Positions 39,701-46,130 of a DNA stretch of 64,000 nucleotides are shown piece after piece. The position numbers were made by a program, and so were the translations under genes. Source of the DNA: a virus (Duplodnaviria > Caudoviricetes); IMG/VR virus record IMGVR_UViG_3300044655_001017, one strand, 5' to 3'. The notes beneath the pieces were generated by a model, which did no database searches, had not been told where the DNA came from, and saw only the letters and a list, made by a program, of their open reading frames with translations. Numbering within the stretch: the first letter of the stretch is position 1; each line of letters begins with the position of its first letter.

Positions 39701-40192
39701 GGTACTCCAAATTTAGCAGTTGATAGTACTAAACAAACTGTTCAATTTGGCGGTGGACGTGTATTCTTTACTAGTACTGATCAAGATGGTAACTTTAATG
39801 TTGGTAATTTGTTCTCAGTACAACAATCAACTGGTGTTGCAACATTAAACGCTGATGCATTTAACATTGCAGGGTTAAACCAGTTAACTATCGGATCTGT
39901 AACACTAGGCGGAACAAGTGCTACAATTACTTCGTTCTCAACTGATCCATATTTTACTTCAAATAGCGACAGTTTAGTTCCAACACAAAAGGCAATTAAA
40001 TCGTATATTAATAGTCAGATAGGTGGCGGCGGTAGTTCATTAAACGTAAATACACTAACTGCCGGTGTAGTGTTTGTTTCAGGTGACACTATTTCAACTA
40101 CAACAGGTGTACAAATTAACGTAACAAGTAAGTTTTATTTTATAGGTGGTGTTGAAGGATCTCCTTTATCATTATCATACTTTTTAGTATAA
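33776..40192 (+). CDS. giant fiber/baseplate-wedge-like protein (paralog B2)
   Basis: 2138 aa; MAEFKLGRIRF N-terminus; the same repeat architecture as 27358, with different inserts. Confidence 0.87.
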   Translation: MAEFKLGRIRFIWKGAWASSTAYLKDDIIRNGGKTYVCVVGHTSSADFTTDLSNVPTRWNQVSDGTAWMSDWAINTYYRLNDVVKYGGKLYICTTTHTSAATTALGLDANAANWDVYATGFKWQSTWTTSTKYRVNEVVKYGGIIYVCNTNHVSAATATLGLETNIGYWDVYHKGFDYLGQWSGSSVRYKANDLVNFGADVWICITYHTSSASFVEANWSRFIEGLTYENTWSSATTYQPGDIVGYGGYSYISKTINSNATPSTSTTHWGLFTTGFNLIGDWASAQSYQVGNVIRLGGYTYVAILDHTSSGSNTPPNATYWSRLNSGIKWANVNKSYTAVAGTNVSGTGSSATFNVSTSGTSYTVTVNATGTGYAATNTIKILGTAVGGLSPFNDILITVATISGSAIATITSTGYAATWATATGYVAGDSITVGANSYICILAHTSATINRPDNDASGTYWNVLSAGSSTSVLTTTGDIPYMSQSGPARLGIGVAGQVLKVSSALVPSWGYVGVIDQVYYVSPAGTNNPAPDYGVTLDRPWLTVRYATEQVERGSLIPNGSYLLARNRSYIQQEVTGWIDAQVTGSIAPYVSFTYPTSKASYQSYIGYAVDALVYDLSHGGNARSVAFAQTYYANSSRTQDVATFNRMVTVINAVIANTAPGTTYSAINRISDSTRTLESTATTLVTNLVKIITDALTAGVNTNIPSVVNTNYTIFVKTGIYYETLPIIIPANTAIVGDELRSSNIRPRSTSIPTTDTTYSLAAVTRLSAIIATVLTNSAVTVSSGNTATQVTTRPSSSISASTLTTLFTNYKDYINFYINSSGSAPTLTGTVAPTTAQANYDAVEILEANKEFLAQEAVAYTNVTYSTSVSATAANGNITVTSSTNFAVGMPVVFSGTVGASGIVVGTVYYVKTSAANVLTVAATSGGTTLTWTAASGLTATVKLSYDSTMCARDVRELVNAIKYDLVYVGNYRTLLAARYYRRSVQTSVLEDMFYVRNATGLRNVTVQGLTGTLGTANGYGTRRPTAGAYVSLDPGWGAADTRTWISSRSPYIQNVTTFGTGCTGLKIDGTLHNGGNRSIVANDFTQIISDGIGAWCTGTKALTELVSVFSYYAHISYLAENGGKIRATNGNSSYGTYGTVAEGVDSSETTLTATVNNRASQANISNVVTNAVDKIYRVEYLNAGTGYNTATYSFVGTGYGVATVANEFRDNAVYETRLLTNGANYVTTSNTGQAGNTTQVTIAATDSAISSAYTGMRIQLNGGAGAGQSGYIVSYNSGSKIALVAKESFPAMTATATTASSDLITVASTSTLTANMPIYFGAALANISANTLYYVKTISSTTQFSISTIAAGSVFDITSDTSSQTVAVHAAGWDHAVLGTPIVSALDVTTTYTIEPRIVFSSPTYSTAGNTISSNSWIDIAYGDTIATYTAVSASGGSGASATFTVVRTGVAYSVTLASGGTGYAIGNFLQIAGTSLGGSLGNVLGITVTNVVSGTGVITNFTYSGFGAGGNFVAITSAASTTTLISTNGSSWSAGGAILSSNWVAIAYGVVSGNGYWVTVQNGSNVTAYSTNGGVSWTQGGTLSSNSNWASIAYGNGKFIAVVKGSPSTVANITSNGGVNWSTTGALPSDTGWTSIAYGAGTWVVVSSGGNAAAYSTNDGTSWTATTTPSVVSWQSVTYGNGKFVAVANGTAAAYSLDGITWYSVTLPVSSNWSKVRYGQGVFAIVSSSSTNTLLSSEDGLFWTTRTLPVTAACYAIAFGSSTAGSSITPYWAILPQSNTSNMYLILGATARGRVKVTNGAISEFRIVEPGGSYLSAPTFTITDPNATTAFTYTVRTGTGVLANPTFTNRGTQYASSTATVTGNGYTDMYQVGSYVNVSGLISQPIPGSNIVFTGNSTVYKVVAVTNYLSSGAGIAPYNATIQVSPVMSAALAPAHAVTATMRINYSQVRLTGHDFLNIGTGNIANTNYPGTPNLAVDSTKQTVQFGGGRVFFTSTDQDGNFNVGNLFSVQQSTGVATLNADAFNIAGLNQLTIGSVTLGGTSATITSFSTDPYFTSNSDSLVPTQKAIKSYINSQIGGGGSSLNVNTLTAGVVFVSGDTISTTTGVQINVTSKFYFIGGVEGSPLSLSYFLV

Positions 40193-40200
40193 AAACATAG

Positions 40201-40226
40201 TATTGCTACTCCTAGGAGTAGCAATA
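40201..40226. repeat. perfect 26-bp palindrome
   Basis: tattgctactcct|aggagtagcaata is its own reverse complement; intergenic. Confidence 0.9.
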
Positions 40227-40257
40227 TAGCCAAAATTATAACATATGGAGAAATATA

Positions 40258-40578
40258 ATGGCATCAGGAATATTAGGATCAGCTGATCTAGCAGCAACTA
40301 CAAATACAACATTGTATACCGTGCCTGCAACTACGTTTACCGTAGCAACAGTCTCAATTTGCAATAGAGGGACATCGGCTGTATTAGTTCGGTTAGCATT
40401 AGCATCTGCTGCATCACCAGCTGCTAGCGAATATATTGAATATGACATAACAATACCACCAAAAGGAGTTGTTGAAAGAACCGGTTTAGTATTAAATGCA
40501 GCTAAACTAATTGTAGTATACTCGAGTGCAGCTTTAGTTTCTGCTGTTGCATACGGTATCGAAACTTCAACCGTATAA
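40258..40578 (+). CDS. small beta-sandwich structural protein
   Basis: MASGILGSADL...'YIEYD..IPPKGVVERTGLVL'; GGAG RBS; paralog family with 17736 and 26651. Confidence 0.85.
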   Translation: MASGILGSADLAATTNTTLYTVPATTFTVATVSICNRGTSAVLVRLALASAASPAASEYIEYDITIPPKGVVERTGLVLNAAKLIVVYSSAALVSAVAYGIETSTV

Positions 40579-40581
40579 ATA
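40574..40581 (+). promoter_or_regulatory. T4-late-like promoter TATAAATA
   Basis: Exact consensus about 30 nt upstream of the ATG; similar boxes at 10791, 15561, 22272, 33738, 57569 and 62010. Confidence 0.65.
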
Positions 40582-40603
40582 ATAGATAACGAGGAATTTT
40601 TAA

Positions 40604-43600
40604 ATGGGTAGAATATACACAGCACCAACAATCAACAAATCAGTAATTAACAACTCAATTACTAGTACATTATCAGCTGTATACACTAACGCCACTGGTG
40701 CAGGCGCAGAATTACGTGCAGTTAATATTAACGGTTTACAAAATAATGCAACAATAAACACAACTGCTAGCGGTGCATCAGAATGGACACATTTTGGATC
40801 AAATGTTAATCCTATTATTAGTTATAGCGGCCCATCTACATACGGAGTTGGTGAACCATATCAAGTACAATTAAGTGCAAATCGTGTATTGTTATTTTTC
40901 CTTCCTCATTCACATCACCGTTGTGGAAGTTTAGATTTCTTTGGTGGAAATATGATCCACACACAAATCGTTGAATATCAAACTAACAAATATGTGGCTG
41001 GACCAATTCAAAATCACACATTACCTTTTGCTTGGTTTTCTGATTTTAGCTATAACTTGTGGTCTAAACCAGATAGTGGTTCTGGTTCCTGGCAACTACC
41101 TTGCTGGAGAGCAACTGCACTTACCGCAAATAAAGTAGTGGTTGTTTGCCAACAACGTAGTACCACCAACTCAAAACAGATAATGAGATTTACAATTACT
41201 GGAAATACTGTTGATCATACCGTTACAAACTTAGATATGTCAACCCAATTTGGTAACAATCCCTCGTACCCATTTTCAATAGAGACTGTTCCTGACAATA
41301 CTAATAAAGTAATTGTTGCATCAGGGACATCGAGTGGTAACTGGAGTGCGCAAGCCTATAACATTCCTGACACTGGTTCAATTACTGCTGCAGGTTCTAT
41401 ACAAAGTCTTGGTATTGCACAATCAGTATACAATATTGGTATGTGTAAAATGGTAAAAACCGCAACGGCAAACATTACACCTTACTTGTTTGCAGTAACA
41501 ACGGCTGCCACCACTAGCCAAGCAATTGCATTCAACTTTAACTCAAGTACTAACGCATGGACAATTGCAGCCACCGCTGTAACATTAACCGCTGTCAGCT
41601 CCACCCACACTGGATTAGAATGTGCGTGTTTATCCACAGGAACCAACGTTAACGCAGTTATTGCAGCCACCACTGGAAATGGTGCGTCTGACGGGTTAGT
41701 GACTTTCTATCGTCAAACCAGCTCAACGACATTATCTAACACCAGAACCCAGCTTACAACACAACACACTAGTATGAAAACTATAACTGAACAATACCAA
41801 TGGGGTGATGAAAGAGTCGTATTTATAGGTGAATACGGGTGTTTAGTATGTTATGATAGTGCAGGTGTTGCAACTAATTTAATCAGTGGATTAAATGAAA
41901 GTACTAACACAACTCGATATTCAACTAAATGGTATCCGTTTAACAGTCGCCCATTGTATATATATTATGATCCTGCGACTATTAATGCACACGCATCCGG
42001 TAATTATAAAGCACGTATTAATTCTACTAGCAGTGCTACAAGTGTTGGTCAAACCGCCCACACTGGTAACTATTTGCCATGGGGCTATAACTACGGTGAT
42101 GGATATGCGTGGAATGAACCAGCAGGCTGCTGGATGGTATGTCAAGGCGGTAGAATTTATGCAATGAATACATCTGGTGTTGTATTGAGTGAAGTACTTC
42201 TCAGCTCAATGAATGCAACATTAAATTACCTGTATGCCGCAACCCAAATCCAAGTAACACCAACTGGTAGATTACTAATTGGTATTGAATATGGGAATAG
42301 AGTGCATGCAGGTACAAGCTACGGGCCACATAATACTAATGGCACATTTGGTAACAACTGTCTCGCGTTAGTTACTGAAGCAATGACATCTTACACCCAA
42401 TTGCCAACTTTAAAATCACAGCAACCTCTAGTAGGTATGAGCGGCGGTGCATTATGTAACATGGTATACTTTAGTGAACAAACGAGTGCAACAAACACCA
42501 CGGAAATGGCGTATTTGCTATACATGGGATCTTCTGGAACATACATTCGTATGGGGTGGTTTAATGGTTCTACATGGAGTGATTTAGGTAACACTGGTAT
42601 GAATTTCAGCGATGGAACATGGACTATAGGTTATCGGCCAAATTTCAAATTGATTCAAGATACCCCATGTTCAGCAACTCTCTCAAGAGGGCTATGGAGA
42701 ATAATTGGATCATATTTTCCTAGCAGTGCTGGTAACTATGCCGCACATGGTATGAGTGCTGCATATGCTGTTGCCGCAAACCTAGGTAGTTTTACCACAA
42801 CAACCTACCCATTAAACGGTAGATCCGGTAGTGACAGCCAAGTTACTCAAGGATGGGGTACACCGATGCATGTGCATTGTGGTTCTAAATCTGGTACGCA
42901 AGTTGCGATGATGTATGACGAATATCTAGGAATGCCAAGAATATATGCGTCAATCAATGGGCGGTTAAATGATTGGCAAGGTTATTACACACCATGGGCG
43001 CCGCAATCAGTATTATCAACTAATTCTACTGGAAATTTAATTTCTGTTGCAAGTACTACTGGTATGTATACTAACATGGCAGTTAGATTTAATGGTACCG
43101 CATATGGTAATATTACTGCTGGTACAACCTACTATGTATTAGCCGGATTTACCGCAACCACATTTTCAGTAAGTACAATAGTTGGTGGAAGTGCATTAAC
43201 ATTATCATCAGCAACTGGTAGTGCGATGACAGTATCATTGTATACTAGCCATAGATGGGCACAAATCGTTGCTTCAAAAATGGGATATGCTGTTACTTTA
43301 CAAAACACAGCACAAATTGACCAACAAGCATTTAACTATAATTTTAACACCGTTGATTCGACTATTCATCAATCAACCCAAATTGCAACAATTGGTAGTG
43401 GATGGATTGTATTACACAGAACTGGTAAAAATTCATGGCAATTATATAACTCAACCGCATCGCTTAATAATACTTACACCGCATACGGATTACCAGACGA
43501 TGTTAAATTCTATTTAACATTAGATGATAATGCAGGCAACGTATTTTATTTAAACAATGGTCAGACACTTAGTCCAAGTGACACAACCACCGGATTATTC

Positions 43601-43705
43601 CGTAGTGAAACATTTTATCAAATACCAAATGGTTATAGTATTAAAGCGTCGTGTGATACACCAAATGTTATTGCGATACTATTAACCATTAAGGAGATTC
43701 AGTAA
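40604..43705 (+). CDS. large virion protein: small beta-sandwich domain split by a ~900-aa insertion
   Basis: The N-terminal ~45 aa and C-terminal ~65 aa align by eye with the 26651 protein; preceded by TATAAATA (40574) and a GAGGA RBS. Confidence 0.8.
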   Translation: MGRIYTAPTINKSVINNSITSTLSAVYTNATGAGAELRAVNINGLQNNATINTTASGASEWTHFGSNVNPIISYSGPSTYGVGEPYQVQLSANRVLLFFLPHSHHRCGSLDFFGGNMIHTQIVEYQTNKYVAGPIQNHTLPFAWFSDFSYNLWSKPDSGSGSWQLPCWRATALTANKVVVVCQQRSTTNSKQIMRFTITGNTVDHTVTNLDMSTQFGNNPSYPFSIETVPDNTNKVIVASGTSSGNWSAQAYNIPDTGSITAAGSIQSLGIAQSVYNIGMCKMVKTATANITPYLFAVTTAATTSQAIAFNFNSSTNAWTIAATAVTLTAVSSTHTGLECACLSTGTNVNAVIAATTGNGASDGLVTFYRQTSSTTLSNTRTQLTTQHTSMKTITEQYQWGDERVVFIGEYGCLVCYDSAGVATNLISGLNESTNTTRYSTKWYPFNSRPLYIYYDPATINAHASGNYKARINSTSSATSVGQTAHTGNYLPWGYNYGDGYAWNEPAGCWMVCQGGRIYAMNTSGVVLSEVLLSSMNATLNYLYAATQIQVTPTGRLLIGIEYGNRVHAGTSYGPHNTNGTFGNNCLALVTEAMTSYTQLPTLKSQQPLVGMSGGALCNMVYFSEQTSATNTTEMAYLLYMGSSGTYIRMGWFNGSTWSDLGNTGMNFSDGTWTIGYRPNFKLIQDTPCSATLSRGLWRIIGSYFPSSAGNYAAHGMSAAYAVAANLGSFTTTTYPLNGRSGSDSQVTQGWGTPMHVHCGSKSGTQVAMMYDEYLGMPRIYASINGRLNDWQGYYTPWAPQSVLSTNSTGNLISVASTTGMYTNMAVRFNGTAYGNITAGTTYYVLAGFTATTFSVSTIVGGSALTLSSATGSAMTVSLYTSHRWAQIVASKMGYAVTLQNTAQIDQQAFNYNFNTVDSTIHQSTQIATIGSGWIVLHRTGKNSWQLYNSTASLNNTYTAYGLPDDVKFYLTLDDNAGNVFYLNNGQTLSPSDTTTGLFRSETFYQIPNGYSIKASCDTPNVIAILLTIKEIQ

Positions 43706-44703
43706 TGTTTTTTAAGCAATTAACAAATTCTTTTGGCTTAACTAATACCACAACTGGATTTACCACTATTACAAGTTTTGGAACTGGAAGTAGTGGTACT
43801 AGCAGTGTAATACCGTTGACGAAAGATAACTGTGGACAAATCACTTATTTTAGACCAGGTACATATACTTGGGTATGCCCTGCAGGGGTTACCGCTGTAT
43901 CAGTAGTATGTATCGGTGGTGGTGGTGGTGGATACAACGGTTGGGCAAATGCTGCCGGTTCAGGTGGTGGTCTAGGCTGGAAGAATAATATCTCAGTTTC
44001 GCCAGGGGGATCTTATACTGTTGCGGTCGGTGACGGAGGTACTAAAAATGGCAATGTAGGCGCAGCTAGTTATTTCATATCTACAAGTGTTGTTGCCGGA
44101 TTCGGTGGTGGAAACGCTACATCCGGCGGAGACACTAACGGCCCAAATAAAAACGTTTATGGTGGCGGATGGGTCGGTGATGGTGGCGGCGCTGGCGGTA
44201 ACGCCAGCTACGCAGGTGGCGGCGGCGCTGGCGGATATACAGGTAATGGCGGCGGCACTAATTCTTTACCTGCGGCAAACTCAGGCGGCGCCTGCGGCGG
44301 TGGATATTATAGTTCAACATACGGTACCGGTGCTGGAGGCGGTACCGGAATTAATGGTAAAGGCGAAACCGCCAGCGGCTGGTGGCATGGTAATTTATAT
44401 ATTGGTACAACTAATATTTCTTTTAGTACTGACGCAGGTAATGGTGGAGGTGGGCAAGGCGGAAGCGGTGGTAGTAGAGGAATGAGTGGGCAAAATCCAT
44501 GGACGAGCAATGGTGAAGGAGCTAACACTAATTGTATGGGAGGATTGTATGGCGGAGGAGGCGGCGGTCCTGGTACATCCTGGCCAAGTAACCCTGGTAT
44601 AGGAGGCTGGGGCGCGGTTAAGCTAATATGGACAACTGTTCCCGTTGATTCTAATAATCCAGGAAGGCTGTTCCCATCAACAAATACGGCGGATATATCA
44701 TGA
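43705..44703 (+). CDS. glycine-rich tail fiber/tip protein 1
   Basis: 'PGTYTWVCPAGVTAVSVVCIGGGGGG...GGWGAVKLIW' Gly-rich domain; translationally coupled (TAATG). Confidence 0.82.
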   Translation: MFFKQLTNSFGLTNTTTGFTTITSFGTGSSGTSSVIPLTKDNCGQITYFRPGTYTWVCPAGVTAVSVVCIGGGGGGYNGWANAAGSGGGLGWKNNISVSPGGSYTVAVGDGGTKNGNVGAASYFISTSVVAGFGGGNATSGGDTNGPNKNVYGGGWVGDGGGAGGNASYAGGGGAGGYTGNGGGTNSLPAANSGGACGGGYYSSTYGTGAGGGTGINGKGETASGWWHGNLYIGTTNISFSTDAGNGGGGQGGSGGSRGMSGQNPWTSNGEGANTNCMGGLYGGGGGGPGTSWPSNPGIGGWGAVKLIWTTVPVDSNNPGRLFPSTNTADIS

Positions 44704-45305
44704 TTAATTTATATATTAGATTAGAAAACGGCGTGCCTGTTGAACACCCAATTACTGGAAGTAATTTACAATACTTATTTCCAACTATTGATTTAGAAAA
44801 TAACTTACCGGAAAATTTTGCAAAATTTCAACGGAACCCTATTCCTGAGTTAAGTGTTTATGAAAAATTTGAAGGCACTACTTATGAATTTATTGATGGT
44901 GTAGTTCAAGATGTGCATAAAATTTCTAAAATGTCAAAAACTGAAATAAAGCAAATTCAAGATAATGTAAAAACAAATTGGAAATCTAATCCTCTTGCAT
45001 TTAAAAGTTGGAAATTTAATACAGAAACTTGTAGTTTTGAAGCACCGGTTGCGCGTCCAAATGATGGTAAATTGTATGAGTGGGATGAATTAACCGTAAA
45101 TTGGAAAATACATGATCCTGCGTCTGTAATTCCATTAACTATTGTAAACAATGAAATAGTTACTGAGATGATTGAAAACGGAACATTACCAACTGAAGTT
45201 GACCCAACAATTGTCAACGACCTAGTAATTAACGAATCTGAAACACTAGTTGATGATGTACCAGTTAATGAACCTGCGGTAACGGATACACCAGCTGCGG
45301 AATAG
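44700..45305 (+). CDS. putative tail fiber assembly/chaperone protein
   Basis: ATGA overlap with the fiber gene; 'W.F..ETC.FEAPV.RP.DGK.Y.WDE....W' motif typical of fiber-associated small proteins. Confidence 0.7.
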   Translation: MINLYIRLENGVPVEHPITGSNLQYLFPTIDLENNLPENFAKFQRNPIPELSVYEKFEGTTYEFIDGVVQDVHKISKMSKTEIKQIQDNVKTNWKSNPLAFKSWKFNTETCSFEAPVARPNDGKLYEWDELTVNWKIHDPASVIPLTIVNNEIVTEMIENGTLPTEVDPTIVNDLVINESETLVDDVPVNEPAVTDTPAAE

Positions 45306-45317
45306 AAGTTTACAATC

Positions 45318-45350
45318 AATCCCGCATATTTAATAGTATGCGGGATTTTT
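45318..45350 (+). terminator. rho-independent terminator
   Basis: aatcccgcata-tttaatag-tatgcgggatt-ttt. Confidence 0.8.
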
Positions 45351-45394
45351 ATCAGCTTAAAAACTGACTAAATACAGTACAACAATGAGATATT

Positions 45395-45696
45395 ATGAAT
45401 TTTTCTAATTTTTTTTAACAGGGTTGAAAAATACTCTTAAACTCAAACGAGGGTTAAACTTATCGTATACAGGTACTGTAGTTAAAATTCCAGAAGCTAC
45501 TGTATTTGATAAATGGTCTGTTGGTGATTTTTCAAGTGCAGAATATAAAGTAGTAATTGAATACGGCCCTAATGACATTGAACATATTAATTTAACAATT
45601 ACCGCTAGAGTAAATTTTGCTAGTGTGTTAGTGTATGGCAGAATAAATTCTGGAATGTTATCCCACTTTAAACCAGTGTTTTCAGTTACTCTATAA
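45395..45696 (+). pseudogene. frameshifted, 3'-truncated paralog of the 46131 protein N-terminal domain
   Basis: ATG at 45395 (MNFSNFF) is out of frame with GLKNTLKL...W.VGDFSSAEY...YGRI because of a T8 run (45409-45416). Similarity to 46131 (MHFTDYFKRG..NTL...W.VGDFSSASY...FGRI) stops near 45650. Confidence 0.7.
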
Positions 45697-46043
45697 AACA
45701 TACCAGGATTTGGAACAAATGGATCTTTAGTTTCACTGCCAGGTGCCCAGTACATACCAATTACTTTTACACCTTGCGCACGTACATGCGATTCTACTGC
45801 TTCTGTAAATTTTTGAAGATCTTCGAAACTAACTGGATGTTTTTTAAATTGATTAATAAACAGTACAACTGAAATATTTTTTACTTTTAACTTATTAAAA
45901 AATTCAGTAGAAATATCAAAAAACGTTAATGTTTCTGTTTTAATATCAGTTAATGATGGATCTATTAACGTACCATATGGGAACAATCCGATTTGTAACT
46001 CATTAGCAACAGATTGATTTAAAATATATTTGTATCGATTCAT
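45405..46043 (-). CDS. GmhB-like (HAD, histidinol/heptose-bisphosphate phosphatase family) N-terminal part fused to an antisense-derived C-terminal tail
   Basis: 'VVLFINQ', 'G..V.GMYWAPG...DPF.PNPGMFYR' resemble GmhB motifs II/III. After 'WDNIP' (~45651) the sequence is the antisense of the + strand pseudogene. Confidence 0.6.
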   Translation of the reverse strand: MNRYKYILNQSVANELQIGLFPYGTLIDPSLTDIKTETLTFFDISTEFFNKLKVKNISVVLFINQFKKHPVSFEDLQKFTEAVESHVRAQGVKVIGMYWAPGSETKDPFVPNPGMFYRVTENTGLKWDNIPEFILPYTNTLAKFTLAVIVKLICSMSLGPYSITTLYSALEKSPTDHLSNTVASGILTTVPVYDKFNPRLSLRVFFNPVKKN

Positions 46044-46130
46044 GTAAGTTTCCTATCTATCAGGTACTTATAAGTTATTGGTATATCATAGTATTAATAG
46101 TGATTATTTTTTTACTAAATACATACAATA

